64,000 nt of DNA from assembly GCA_036337435.1 (NCBI GenBank), contig JAYZEG010000066.1, forward strand, positions 1-64,000, in the 5' to 3' direction. Origin of the DNA: Myxococcota bacterium (GTDB lineage Bacteria > Myxococcota_A > Bradymonadia > UBA7976 > UBA1532). The first letter of the stretch is position 1; every line of letters begins with the position of its first letter. The translations under genes and the position numbers were made by a program. This document shows, in pieces, positions 10,006 through 19,803 of this stretch. Below the pieces are notes generated by a model. It worked only from the letters and a program-made list of their open reading frames with translations. It ran no database searches and was not told the DNA's origin.

Positions 10006-11649
10006 TCAGAAAAGCAACTCGAGTCCAAGATTCAAATCTAGGTGGTAACTCGGTGATGCACCAAACATATGCAAATAATCAGGAGTAAGGACAAAGCCTA
10101 AGGTGTTATTGAACTTATAGCTGTACGTCATACCCAAGGCGACGTGTCCGATTCCCTCGAGGGTCGTATCCAAGCGATTGCCAAGTTTAACCAAATGGCG
10201 AACGTGTCCAACGCCACCACCCAGCCGCAAGCGTGTTTCATGGGGCCCGGAACTCTTGAGCTTGTATTGCAATCGCCCACCACCGAGAAATGCAAATTCA
10301 ATGAGTTGTATCCGAGCGAAGCCACCAACCGAGATCTTCCTGGATACCCAAAAATCAGCTGACACAAGGGTATGAAAAGGTGTCGGCGCGAGACCCGGTT
10401 TCTTGAGTGTGGCACCTTTCTGCGTGACAGGCTTGGCAAACTCTTTAACCCATCCGACGCCAGAGCCCATGTTCGCAGACAAACTAAAATAGGTCCGAGC
10501 ACCTCGGCCGTCTTCATCGTGATCGCCGTCCAAACTGGAGCCTGATGCGAATTCGGTCGCACCCAACGTATCGCCAGAAATTTCTAGCAGAAAAGGTCGA
10601 CTGGCACTTCCAAGAGATGCGATTGGATTATCTCGACGGTCCTCAGCCTGAAAATAGTACCGGACTTGACTACCGATCATGTAGTGGCGTGGTATGCGCG
10701 CCTCATACGTGTTTCCACGTCCAGGCCTCATCTCAAGTTTCTGGCGCACGTCAGTTCGAGCCGTATTGAAATAAACAAACACGACCCCAACATCTCGATA
10801 GATTTCCTCGCTTACGTTAACCGACAACTTAAGGGCGACGCCGCTGACTGCTTTTCGCGGTGCTTGATGGGTCAGTTTATCCTGTCTTGCCCGAGTTCGT
10901 CTTTGGCCATTTCGCCAACGCCCATCATTGGAATCTCGACGCCGCGCATCGCCCCGATTCGAGTCTCTATCACGTTCGCGATAATTGCCAGTCCGACGCT
11001 CATCGCGGCCATAGCCTCTGTCATCTGAACGAAAATCCTGCCGCGGCTCTCGACCACCTCCACGTCGGTCATCTTGGTAATCCGAGCGACCCTGGTCCCA
11101 ACGGTCGGGTGAGCGATAATCGTCGCGGTAGCGACCCGCGTTCGCCCCCGCGGCTCCAGCACCAATGCCAGCACCGCCATAGTCTCGTCCGTTGTTACGG
11201 CGGTCATCGTAACTCTGGTCCTGTTGCCGACCGCGCGCGCTGTTTGCACCAGCCCGACGCGCGTCCTCAAAAACCCGTCTTAAACTTGGGGTCTCAACCA
11301 TCTCATCCAGCCGAGCCCGCTCGTCATACTCCAATGCCCTTTGAAAATCCTGTTTCGCAGCACGCCTATCCTGATTCTTAACGAACGCCAGAATACCTCG
11401 CTGCATGTAGACTTGCGCCGCGAGCTGACGCCCTGTTCTCGACTCTATGCCAAACCGCTCGATGAGCCGTACGGCATCGTCAACAGAGCGCTCAGATCGC
11501 TCGAGTTCAAGGTTGTCATACGCCCTCTGAGCAGACCTCAACTTGCGCTGAATTTCGGATTCAGCTTCGAACGCGTTTCGCTGACTGTATCCCGCTTGTA
11601 CAAGAAATACAGGCAATAGGAGACAGGCCGTCGCGAATACGCGGCGCAT
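10006..11649 (-). CDS. Exported protein: TPR, R/D/G-rich disordered linker, Ig-like domain, C-terminal beta-barrel
   Basis: Signal peptide; TPR (AKQDFQRALEYD); low-complexity tract; alternating strands ending LELLF. Confidence 0.7.
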   Translation of the reverse strand: MRRVFATACLLLPVFLVQAGYSQRNAFEAESEIQRKLRSAQRAYDNLELERSERSVDDAVRLIERFGIESRTGRQLAAQVYMQRGILAFVKNQDRRAAKQDFQRALEYDERARLDEMVETPSLRRVFEDARRAGANSARGRQQDQSYDDRRNNGRDYGGAGIGAGAAGANAGRYRDDYRSPDRWDQGRSDYQDDRRGGGREPRQDFRSDDRGYGRDERRTGNYRERDRDSNRGDARRRDSNDGRWRNGQRRTRARQDKLTHQAPRKAVSGVALKLSVNVSEEIYRDVGVVFVYFNTARTDVRQKLEMRPGRGNTYEARIPRHYMIGSQVRYYFQAEDRRDNPIASLGSASRPFLLEISGDTLGATEFASGSSLDGDHDEDGRGARTYFSLSANMGSGVGWVKEFAKPVTQKGATLKKPGLAPTPFHTLVSADFWVSRKISVGGFARIQLIEFAFLGGGRLQYKLKSSGPHETRLRLGGGVGHVRHLVKLGNRLDTTLEGIGHVALGMTYSYKFNNTLGFVLTPDYLHMFGASPSYHLDLNLGLELLF

Positions 11650-11670
11650 TGTCACGAATCCAAGCAATTA

Positions 11671-12750
11671 CTACTTTCCTACAATATGGAATTCAACTCG
11701 GCGATTCATCTCGCGACCCTCAGCGTGGCGATTGTCACCAATTGGGCGTTCCTCGCCCCAGCCTTCTGCGTCCAGTCGACCAGCCGCAATACCTTTGCCC
11801 TCGAGATAACTCTTGACCGAAGCGGCCCGCCTCTCCGAAAGCGTTTTGTTGTACTGGTCCGACCCTCGACTATCGGTGTGCCCTTCAATTCGAACCCGTA
11901 GCTTGGGCCGGCTCTTTAACGCCTGCGCTACCTCGTCAAGCAAGCCGAACGATTTGCTCAAAATCGTATCATCATTTGTCGCGAAGAAAATCTTCTGCTT
12001 GAGCTCAATTCGGTCTTCGCGAATCACGATAGTCTTGTAGATGTCAGGGCAGCCGTCCTCATCGGCATCATTGTCATAATCTTCTGGTTCATCTGGACAA
12101 CGGTCCAATGTATCTGGAATCTTATCGCGATCATTATCGACGTCAGGACAACCGTCAGCATCTTCAAAGCCGTCTTTGTCTTCGGGCTTTTCAGGGCAGC
12201 CATCAACTTCATCCAAGAGACCATCTCCATCGCGATCCTTCGTCAAGTCAGGGCAGCCATCTTCGTCTTCGACACCATCTTTGTCTTCGGGTTCCTTCGG
12301 ACAACGATCGAGACTATCCAAAATGCCATCACCGTCGGTATCCTGATCTTCTGGGCATCCGTCACCGTCTTGAAAACCATCGTAATCTTCAGGTTTTTCA
12401 GGACATTGGTCCTTTGTATCGATGATCCCATCACCGTCCTTATCTTCTTCGCATTCTGGTCGACCAGCCATGCCCTGAGCGACCTTCGCAGACTTCTCTG
12501 CGATCACCATGTGCTCATTTGCCCGCAATAAGGCTCCCTGCTCTAATTCGAGAAGAGTGAACTTCAAATGTGCTCTGGCCTTTGCAAGGTCACGTGCCGC
12601 GCACCTGAGCGCAGGTTTTTTAGCGACAACCAGCTTGGCTTCGATATTTTTTACTTTCGACCTCAAGACCTGGCCCTTCACGCAACCACTCAGGCAAACC
12701 AGGACCATTAAGCCAAAGAGCTTAAACATGTGTGATACACCCACGCTCAT
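11671..12750 (-). CDS. OmpA-family lipoprotein with thrombospondin type-3-like Ca-binding repeats
   Basis: Lipobox LSGC; four DxDxDxxxDxxDxCP...DGCP repeats; OmpA C-domain IEGHTD...LSERRA...NRRVEF. Confidence 0.92.
   Translation of the reverse strand: MSVGVSHMFKLFGLMVLVCLSGCVKGQVLRSKVKNIEAKLVVAKKPALRCAARDLAKARAHLKFTLLELEQGALLRANEHMVIAEKSAKVAQGMAGRPECEEDKDGDGIIDTKDQCPEKPEDYDGFQDGDGCPEDQDTDGDGILDSLDRCPKEPEDKDGVEDEDGCPDLTKDRDGDGLLDEVDGCPEKPEDKDGFEDADGCPDVDNDRDKIPDTLDRCPDEPEDYDNDADEDGCPDIYKTIVIREDRIELKQKIFFATNDDTILSKSFGLLDEVAQALKSRPKLRVRIEGHTDSRGSDQYNKTLSERRAASVKSYLEGKGIAAGRLDAEGWGEERPIGDNRHAEGREMNRRVEFHIVGK
12043..12444 (-). repeat. Four intragenic ~33-35 aa acidic TSP3-like repeats
   Basis: e.g. 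DKDGDGIIDTKDQCPEKPEDYDGFQDGDGCPE, plus three similar units. Confidence 0.85.
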
Positions 12751-13094
12751 CTGCCCATCCTTTTCTTGATTGCTTTTCGTCTCTCAGGATCAATTCGCTG
12801 TAGTGGATCGCCACCAGCTATCGATTTGGCGTAGGCAGTTTCTGCCAGGGCAAGTGCTTCCTTGGCAAGATCGAATGCGGCTTGGAAATCGGAGTAACCT
12901 TGCTCTTCGCGCGCTTTCCGGTAGCGCTCTATGGCTCCGAAATACTCATACGGCGCCCCCAATTTGGCACCTTCTTTTTCCGCTTTATCGATGGCTATAC
13001 GCGCTTCCTTGATCACGCTCTGAGACGTGATCGGGCCGCAGCCGATACTCGTGAGCAGAAGTACAACAACACTAAGGACTGATAAACTACGCAT
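12747..13094 (-). CDS. DUF4398-like lipoprotein
   Basis: Lipobox SIGC; APYEY...KAREE motif; ATGA-coupled upstream of the OmpA gene. Confidence 0.75.
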   Translation of the reverse strand: MRSLSVLSVVVLLLTSIGCGPITSQSVIKEARIAIDKAEKEGAKLGAPYEYFGAIERYRKAREEQGYSDFQAAFDLAKEALALAETAYAKSIAGGDPLQRIDPERRKAIKKRMGR

Positions 13095-13307
13095 GAATCG
13101 CCACTCTCAAGCACAATTTCAGAGGTTCCCGATTTAATGACCCTCACCGCGAGGTGTCAAGTCCGGAAACACTACACATGACATTCTGAACGTATGTACC
13201 ACAGAGTCTGTTTCACTGCTATCAATTGACGCATTAGACGGGTCTCGAATCGTCACCGGTCCCGTACCTGGTCAGATTCGCTGAAACGAGGTTGGAGTTT
13301 CCCGGTG

Positions 13308-13796
13308 CTATCCGAGAATCTGTTCGACGGCATCTCGCACTTCGTCTGCCGTTTTGTTCTGAGCAACCGATACTTCCTGTACGAGCAATTCCATCGCCAT
13401 CTCATACACGCGTCTTTCCCCATAGGACAACTGCTTATCGGAACGCGTCAAATGAAGGTCCCGCAGCACTTGCGATACATCGGCTAAGCTTCCGCTCTGA
13501 ATCTTTTCAACATAACGCCGGTACCGTCGGTTCCAATTTGGCTCTTCTATCGCGATTTTATCGGCGGTGAGCACATCCATCACTTCCGCAATCTCTTCGT
13601 CGGTCACCAGACGGCGAAGGCCGACTCGCTCGACGTTAGATACAGGGACCCGGATGGTATCGTCCGAATCTAGACGCCGGAGTACATAGAAGCGGCTGCT
13701 CATCCCGGCGATTTCGATTGTTTCGATCCCCAAGATTTCTGTCACCCCTTGAACCGGATAAACAGCCATATCGCCGACGTTAAAACTCGTAGTCAC
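13308..13796 (-). CDS. cdnL: CarD/CdnL family RNA polymerase-binding regulator
   Basis: FNVGDMAVYPVQGV, VGLR, WNRRYR, LSYGER; no HMGA tail; likely GTG at 13796 after GAGG. Confidence 0.9.
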   Translation of the reverse strand: MTTSFNVGDMAVYPVQGVTEILGIETIEIAGMSSRFYVLRRLDSDDTIRVPVSNVERVGLRRLVTDEEIAEVMDVLTADKIAIEEPNWNRRYRRYVEKIQSGSLADVSQVLRDLHLTRSDKQLSYGERRVYEMAMELLVQEVSVAQNKTADEVRDAVEQILG

Positions 13797-13818
13797 AGTC
13801 ACCTCGCGATGCAATTTC

Positions 13819-14094
13819 GCAGTTGAGCCGAATAAGGCTCTGCGTGTCTCAGATGAACGTCCATCCTACGCCGTTTCGTTCCAGATATGAAGACTTATTT
13901 CTTTATGGCTTAGCGATCGTCGCAGACTTTGGCGGCGTCTCCAGGTCCATTAAGGCCTCCGCAAATTGCGGAAAGGGACTATCACCAAACAACTTGCTGG
14001 CGTCTGACGCCTGATGAGCTGTGGCGAATTTAGTCCCCGAAGAAAGTGTGCTTTAAGACTTGTGGTCACCACGATTTAAGGTCGCTCGACCTTA
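13819..14094 (-). other. Multi-hairpin intergenic region (candidate structured leader or sRNA)
   Basis: Hairpins at 14077-14094, 13975-14037 (G-U pairs favour the minus strand), 13958-13972 and 13819-13843. Confidence 0.4.
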
Positions 14095-14415
14095 CTTGCG
14101 ATTCAATCCCCATTCGATGGATAGAAGGCGTCCAGTTGAATATCCAAGGAGCTTGGCTTTTAGGTTGGCATCTGGGCGACCCATTTTTGCAGACACGATC
14201 TTGTCGACGAGCGCGTCACGCGAACCCGCTCCAGCGGACAGTGTCTGCTGGCGCTCCCAAAGGCGGAGCAGCTTCCGGTTGCTGACTCGGATTAATCGCT
14301 CAGAAAGGTCTGCATCGGATTCACCCTCAGCTCGCTCCAAAACAGGGACGAGTTTGGCAACCAATGCCTCTTTGCTTCCGAATTGTTCCTTGACGGTATG
14401 CAGAGGTGTGGCCAT
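14092..14415 (-). CDS. Small basic hypothetical protein
   Basis: ~107 aa helical ORF (MATPLHTVKEQFGSKEALV...) with a duplicated GSKEALV/GSRDALV motif. Confidence 0.7.
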   Translation of the reverse strand: MATPLHTVKEQFGSKEALVAKLVPVLERAEGESDADLSERLIRVSNRKLLRLWERQQTLSAGAGSRDALVDKIVSAKMGRPDANLKAKLLGYSTGRLLSIEWGLNRK

Positions 14416-14500
14416 AACATTTCTCACTTCGTATTGTTGTCATCCCCGCTGGACGGGGGCGGCGGAATAACACAGACCCAAGGGCCTAACAAGTAATTTC

Positions 14501-16078
14501 ATGTCTACACGCACGAACAAATTCAAAGTCATTCTCTTATTGATGCTTTTTCTCAATCCCGGCTGCAAAGTAGATCACAATGAAAAACGAGCCGACGTAG
14601 AGCGAAGGCAACCGGACGCCGAGAAAAATAACGCCATCACTGATGGGCCCATTGGTCGACTCGGCGACATAAAAATGGGATTGACTGACTATCGAACCGC
14701 CATTTCAGAAACGATCATTCTGCGACTATGGCAAACCAAAAAGAACGCACCACTTTCCGCACTCAAGAGCCTTCCATTGAGACAGAAAGTCTTGCTCAGA
14801 GCTCTGGAGACCCGGGTTGTAAGACAAAAATTTAGTGACCTGGGCCTCACTCGCTCAACAAAGATGATGGAGGCGCTTCTCGCCAAAGCCGCTTTGGGAC
14901 TCCAACCGGACCACCGCCTCAGCGAGTCTGACCGAGTAGCCGCACTCTCTGACCTGGAGCTGCTGGAAGCGCAAATCGTTGCCCGATTCAACGCACCTTT
15001 TGCTCACGTCAAACGAGTTGCTGCTGATCTGGTTGAACACAGAATTCTAGCCGACAAGATGCTGGACAAGCTTCTTGACACCGGCCCACAAGCGGCATGG
15101 ACGGAAGAAAAAACCTGTCTGAGTGCAGAGCTCTATCGAGTGCCGAGAGTGCCAACCGCCCTCGAAATAGACAAAGCCATCGAGGAACTTCAACCACAAA
15201 TGAAAACCTATTACGAGTCGAATCCACGACTCTTCAAGACACCTGCCCGGACATTTATCCGTCGGTTTTTGCTTGAAAACACCGATGCCACCAAAGACAT
15301 GGTTGTTAAAAAACGGCTTCAGCAGTTCCGCCAGACGGTCATCGATGGAGGCGATATGGAGGTACTCGTGAAAGAACATGGATTTCCGCGGGACAGGCGC
15401 TCTGGGGGCCGTAAGGCGGTATCGATGAGCAAACGGCCGGACCTACACGCTCGAAGCAAAGGCAGCATCACCCCCATCGAACAGCATCCAAGCGGGTGGG
15501 TTTTCTACAAAATTGAAGGGCATGGGGATGCGGTCAATCGCCCTTTTGATGAGAGCCGCGTGCAACGTGAACTCGCTGCAGCGGTGCTCCGCCAAGAAAA
15601 CCTCCTACCCAACGCGAAGCGGATTGCTGGCCTACTGGCTTATCGACTTCGCGGTTTCAAAACATCAGAACAACTGGGTGACGCGTTCCTAAAAGAGAAC
15701 CGAATTCGACGGAGTGAGACAGGGCAATTCTGTAAAACATCGAGAAAACATGTTCCTTCGATTGGCCTAGCACCAGAACTGGTGCCGACGATATTCAAAT
15801 TAACCATGGACCAACCAGTGAGCAATCCGCTTCGAATCCGCCAAGACCTGATCGTCGCCAAGCTGTTGTGGAAGACAAGCCCAACAGCCAAACAATGGGC
15901 GGCTCAAAAAGCTGCCTTCACGGTTCAATGGAGAAAACGGGAAGCCCCAACAGTCGTTCGCAAATGGCTCCATGAGTACGCCCGACAACACCGGCCATGG
16001 ATAGATTCAAAACGATTGAAGGCCCTGAAACTGGCCGACCTAGAATGGAGACCTGATACAGCTTCAGAGCCGCGATAA
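14501..16078 (+). CDS. PpiD/SurA-like parvulin-domain chaperone, probable lipoprotein
   Basis: N-terminal hydrophobic stretch plus Cys; MKTYYESNPRLF and GGDMEVLVKEH...SGG resemble PpiC motifs (degenerate). Confidence 0.6.
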   Translation: MSTRTNKFKVILLLMLFLNPGCKVDHNEKRADVERRQPDAEKNNAITDGPIGRLGDIKMGLTDYRTAISETIILRLWQTKKNAPLSALKSLPLRQKVLLRALETRVVRQKFSDLGLTRSTKMMEALLAKAALGLQPDHRLSESDRVAALSDLELLEAQIVARFNAPFAHVKRVAADLVEHRILADKMLDKLLDTGPQAAWTEEKTCLSAELYRVPRVPTALEIDKAIEELQPQMKTYYESNPRLFKTPARTFIRRFLLENTDATKDMVVKKRLQQFRQTVIDGGDMEVLVKEHGFPRDRRSGGRKAVSMSKRPDLHARSKGSITPIEQHPSGWVFYKIEGHGDAVNRPFDESRVQRELAAAVLRQENLLPNAKRIAGLLAYRLRGFKTSEQLGDAFLKENRIRRSETGQFCKTSRKHVPSIGLAPELVPTIFKLTMDQPVSNPLRIRQDLIVAKLLWKTSPTAKQWAAQKAAFTVQWRKREAPTVVRKWLHEYARQHRPWIDSKRLKALKLADLEWRPDTASEPR

Positions 16079-16867
16079 GCGTTGCTGAGCGTCTCGGCTA
16101 AACTTGGTGTTAGGAAACTTCTTAGAGATGCGTTCCACCAGTGCTCTGGCCTTGATATGGCCATCTTTAAGTTCTATCTGGCCGTCTGAACCCGCTTTTC
16201 CAAGAGTAAGGTAGGCATCGAGCAGTAAAAGACTGGCTTTGCGCCAGCGACTGGGCACATCGTCAAAGTTCAACACCACATCTTCAAGACGTCCCATCGC
16301 AGAACGGATTCTTTCGTTACGCAAGTAAAAGCCTGCCACATAAAGCTCGAAATCGGCCAAATTCTCGCGACATGTCTTTAGTTTCTTGCTCGCTGCCAGT
16401 GCTGACTTGTGCTTGGGGAATTTGAGTAGGAACGCCCGGTAGGCTCTCACTGCATCTTTCGTCGTGCTTCGGTCGCGTTCATAGCCGGGTGGCAGAAGAA
16501 AAAACTCGCTCGGTCGCTGCTCAAAAAAACTTTCACCAATGCGCCACATTGCATAGCCGACCTCAGCGTGATTCGGCCGCCTTCGGATAAATGTTCGATA
16601 CGCACCTACCGCCTCAACAAATTGGTCTTGCTCGAAGTACGTATCCCCAATACGAACCTCAGCGAGTGCCGCGTACTGACTGTACGGATACTTCGTTTTG
16701 ACCGATGAGAAAAATTCAGTGGCCTCGAGATAATTTGCATCGTTTAACGCCTCAAGACCCTGCTCGTAGGCATATCTCGCATGATCTGCATACGTCGACG
16801 GTTTTGGGCCGCCACCGCAAGCGGTGATAGATGAAAGAAAAACGAACGCTGTAAATACCCTTAACAT
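16064..16867 (-). CDS. bamD: Outer membrane protein assembly factor BamD
   Basis: Lipobox ITAC; YPYSQYA, FIRRRPNH, ERDRSTT, ELYVAGFY. Confidence 0.9.
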   Translation of the reverse strand: MLRVFTAFVFLSSITACGGGPKPSTYADHARYAYEQGLEALNDANYLEATEFFSSVKTKYPYSQYAALAEVRIGDTYFEQDQFVEAVGAYRTFIRRRPNHAEVGYAMWRIGESFFEQRPSEFFLLPPGYERDRSTTKDAVRAYRAFLLKFPKHKSALAASKKLKTCRENLADFELYVAGFYLRNERIRSAMGRLEDVVLNFDDVPSRWRKASLLLLDAYLTLGKAGSDGQIELKDGHIKARALVERISKKFPNTKFSRDAQQRLSRL

Positions 16868-17035
16868 GTCCCGCTCCTACCACCATTTTAGTCAAACTTG
16901 CAAGCTGGTCTGCGATACCTGATGGGCTTTAAATTTTGCTCGCTGTAATGAGTCGGAACACGATACACTCTTGTCTCGGTTGTCTATTCACCTACTATGG
17001 TCAGGTTCTCCTTGCTGAAATGAAAACGAATCATT

Positions 17036-19063
17036 TTGTTCGAATCATCTAAAAATGTTTTGGTCTCCGTTTTTGTCTGCGCAGTATTAATTGCGGTGCC
17101 GGCAGAAGCCTTCGAGACCCTGGACGGAGATTCGACACGTTGGAGGCAAGCACCCGATTTTTCAATTGGGCGACTGTCCGGCGAGCTGCCTTTCGCCGAT
17201 CAACTCATTGCAATTCGGGCAAGCTTTGCATCTTGGCGAAACGTGCCGGGCAGCGACCTCAACATCCAAGAGGTCAACGGGAATGGTGACATTACCGTCG
17301 ACTTCCTCAATCGATGGCCCGCTGAGTTCGGACGCTACGCGGCGGGCGTAACGGTCACGAATCGGCGCTTCGGACGGATCACGAGTGCGCAAATCTCCAT
17401 TAACGAAGAAAATTTTGCATGGAGTACGGATCCCACCAGCGAAAATTCCGATGTGCAGGGTGTCATCACCCACGAGGTCGGTCATGCGCTTGGGTTTGGC
17501 CATAGCTTTTATCGAACGGCGACCATGTATTGGTCTGACACGAGCGCACGGCTTCGGGATTTGTCGCCCGACGATCAACGGGGAATGAGATTTCTCTACG
17601 GGCAAAACGGACGCCGCGAGGGCCAAATGTGTGACCATTGCGACGATGACGATGACTGTGTGGCCGGTGGCTTCTGTCTCCAATTGGAAAATAGCCGCCG
17701 GTTCTGTACGACGCCCAGCGCCAATGGGTGTCCAGAAAATGGAGACTGCTTTGAGCTGACCAATGGAGGGACAACCTGTGCACCGTCAGCGGGGGGCTGC
17801 TCAGATGACCCTTTCGGCGGGTTTGAAGATGGAGATTATTGCTTTGGGTCAGACCAATGTGGACCCAACATGACATGCCTGGTTTTGCCAAACACAGCTC
17901 GATGCGCCCGAAATTGTCGGCAAGGGGTCGACAATTGTGGAGACGGAATTTGCCTCGGTGGAAATGAACCTGGGACGACGGGCGTTTGTATGACCCCCGG
18001 CCCCATCGGGTACAATGAAGCCTGCGAATCCGACTTCGACTGCCAATCGCTGGCCTGCCTATCCGGTCGCAACGGTGGGTCCGTTTGTGCTGGCGCGTGC
18101 AACCCTAACGGTGGGAACTGCCCCATTGGAGACTGTTTACGCGTTGGCCAAGACGGCGAACGAGGGATTTGCTTGCCTCCAGGCGGAGTTGGCGCAGGAC
18201 AAGCCTGCGGAGGGATCGAAGATCGGTGCATACAAGGCCATATCTGTGCTCAAGGTCAGAATGGCAGTACGTGCCGTTTGGAGTGCGAGCCATTCGGACA
18301 ATGTCCGGCGGGTTCTGGTTGCGATGCTGTGACCGATACAGATTGGGCATGCCTACCGAATGCGGGCCCGACACTGGGCCAGGACTGCAGTGGTGGCCGT
18401 CGCTGTAGTCCGGGTTTGATTTGCGCGCCGGTCGGGCAGGCCGGTAGCGAGATGTGCGCATCGATATGTGATCCAAATTCGGCTGGTCAATGTGGTGGTG
18501 CAACCTGTATCGACTATGGATTGCGGGTCGGTGCCTGTCCATTCGGAATGACCGCCTTTGGGGAGTTATGCAGCGGCGACGGCGATTGTGCCGAAGGACA
18601 TTGTGTGTGGTCAAGCACAGGAAATCGATGTAGCCGAGCATGCGTCGATTCGGCGGATAGCTGCCCTGTCGGCTGGAGCTGCCAAAGATACGGAAACAAC
18701 CGCTTGGCTTGTTTCCAAAACAGCTCCGGAAATGCGGGTAACGGTGGTAGTGGTTCCGGAGGGTCAGGCGGTAGCGGCACATCACCAGGCCCTCAAATAC
18801 CTGATGCAGCACCGATGCAGTCGGCCGACGCTGGAATGAGCGGATTTGGTGGGCAACCGGGTGGGTCTAGCACCGGTCAATTGGATTCGGGATTCAGACC
18901 GAATGGGACAGGAGCGGCGGATGCAAGCCCGGGTGGGTACTTCGTCATTCGAAAGCCGTCCGAGCAGGCGTCTTGCTCCACAAATAACGGGTCACCAGGC
19001 ACACCTCTGTCCTACGTCTTTCTTCTTCTCGGAACATGGGTCGTTCGAAAGAAATGGCTTTGA
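17036..19063 (+). CDS. Matrixin (M10) metalloprotease with Cys-rich repeats and MYXO-CTERM-like anchor
   Basis: HEVGHALGFGH zinc motif, Met-turn ATMY, Cys-rich repeats, Gly/Ser linker, SC + TM helix + RKK tail. Confidence 0.9.
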   Translation: MFESSKNVLVSVFVCAVLIAVPAEAFETLDGDSTRWRQAPDFSIGRLSGELPFADQLIAIRASFASWRNVPGSDLNIQEVNGNGDITVDFLNRWPAEFGRYAAGVTVTNRRFGRITSAQISINEENFAWSTDPTSENSDVQGVITHEVGHALGFGHSFYRTATMYWSDTSARLRDLSPDDQRGMRFLYGQNGRREGQMCDHCDDDDDCVAGGFCLQLENSRRFCTTPSANGCPENGDCFELTNGGTTCAPSAGGCSDDPFGGFEDGDYCFGSDQCGPNMTCLVLPNTARCARNCRQGVDNCGDGICLGGNEPGTTGVCMTPGPIGYNEACESDFDCQSLACLSGRNGGSVCAGACNPNGGNCPIGDCLRVGQDGERGICLPPGGVGAGQACGGIEDRCIQGHICAQGQNGSTCRLECEPFGQCPAGSGCDAVTDTDWACLPNAGPTLGQDCSGGRRCSPGLICAPVGQAGSEMCASICDPNSAGQCGGATCIDYGLRVGACPFGMTAFGELCSGDGDCAEGHCVWSSTGNRCSRACVDSADSCPVGWSCQRYGNNRLACFQNSSGNAGNGGSGSGGSGGSGTSPGPQIPDAAPMQSADAGMSGFGGQPGGSSTGQLDSGFRPNGTGAADASPGGYFVIRKPSEQASCSTNNGSPGTPLSYVFLLLGTWVVRKKWL

Positions 19064-19109
19064 ATGGAAACCGCCGATGCACGTCGAGCTTGATTAAAAG
19101 GAGTACACA

Positions 19110-19697
19110 ATGAAAGTTTTCTCATTTTTGTTGGTTTTTCTGATGGGATTGAATGCATCTTTGGCAACGACAGTGATCAAGTTGTCAGTTGACCAATTGG
19201 CGACCGAATCGGATCTCATTGTTCGAGGTTTTGTGACCGCGAAAGAAAGCGGTTGGAATAAAGTGCGGACCCGAATTTACACCCACACGACTCTAGATAT
19301 CTCTCAGCTTATTAAGTCGAAATTGCCCCAACAGGCGAAAGTTGTCATCCGTCAAATCGGAGGTGAAGTCGACGGTTTGGTTCAGCACGTGTCTGGAAAC
19401 GCGGAATTTAGCGAAGGCGAAGAAGTCATTGTCTTTTTAGAAAAACATCCGACCGAGGACGTGATGGTCGTGATGGGCATGGCTCAAGGTAAGTTCAGCG
19501 TAGATCGCAGCCAAAGTCCCCCCCGAGTGCGTCAGAAAAACACTCATCTACGAAAAATCGAGCGCCGGACTCAACCCCAAATTCTAAACCTCAGACCCCG
19601 AACAATCGCGTCGGCTTCGACACCGACGTTAAGTGAATTCTTAAATCAGATCGACAGAGCGGTGGGTGCTCGGTCAAACGAAGGGGGCGGGCAATAA
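19110..19697 (+). CDS. Secreted hypothetical protein (possible OB/TIMP-like fold)
   Basis: AAGGAG SD; signal peptide; LATESDLIVRGFV, GGEV, FSEGEEVIVFL, GMAQGKF motifs. Confidence 0.7.
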   Translation: MKVFSFLLVFLMGLNASLATTVIKLSVDQLATESDLIVRGFVTAKESGWNKVRTRIYTHTTLDISQLIKSKLPQQAKVVIRQIGGEVDGLVQHVSGNAEFSEGEEVIVFLEKHPTEDVMVVMGMAQGKFSVDRSQSPPRVRQKNTHLRKIERRTQPQILNLRPRTIASASTPTLSEFLNQIDRAVGARSNEGGGQ

Positions 19698-19803
19698 AGA
19701 CCAACTCGTCATCGTTGTAAACGGCCGGTCATCAGGACTCTGGACTCGCAAACCGCGGGCGGCTATAACGTACCACTCTGGCGTCTTAACAGAGTCGATC
19801 AAG

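Noticed and set aside
13132..13160. Sigma70 promoter for the DUF4398-OmpA operon (TTGACA on the minus strand)
   Set aside because: The -35 is perfect, but the -10 at 17-bp spacing (TTAAAT) lacks the conserved second A, so it is too weak to call.
13990..14020. SRP RNA-like CAGG...AGCA on the minus strand
   Set aside because: There is no GNRA tetraloop, the spacing is wrong and the hairpin is too short.
13975..14037. Hammerhead-like core CTGATGAG...CGAA on the plus strand
   Set aside because: Stem II is only 2 bp, GAA is followed by U rather than A, and no NUH site fits with stems I and III. G-U pairing favours the opposite strand.
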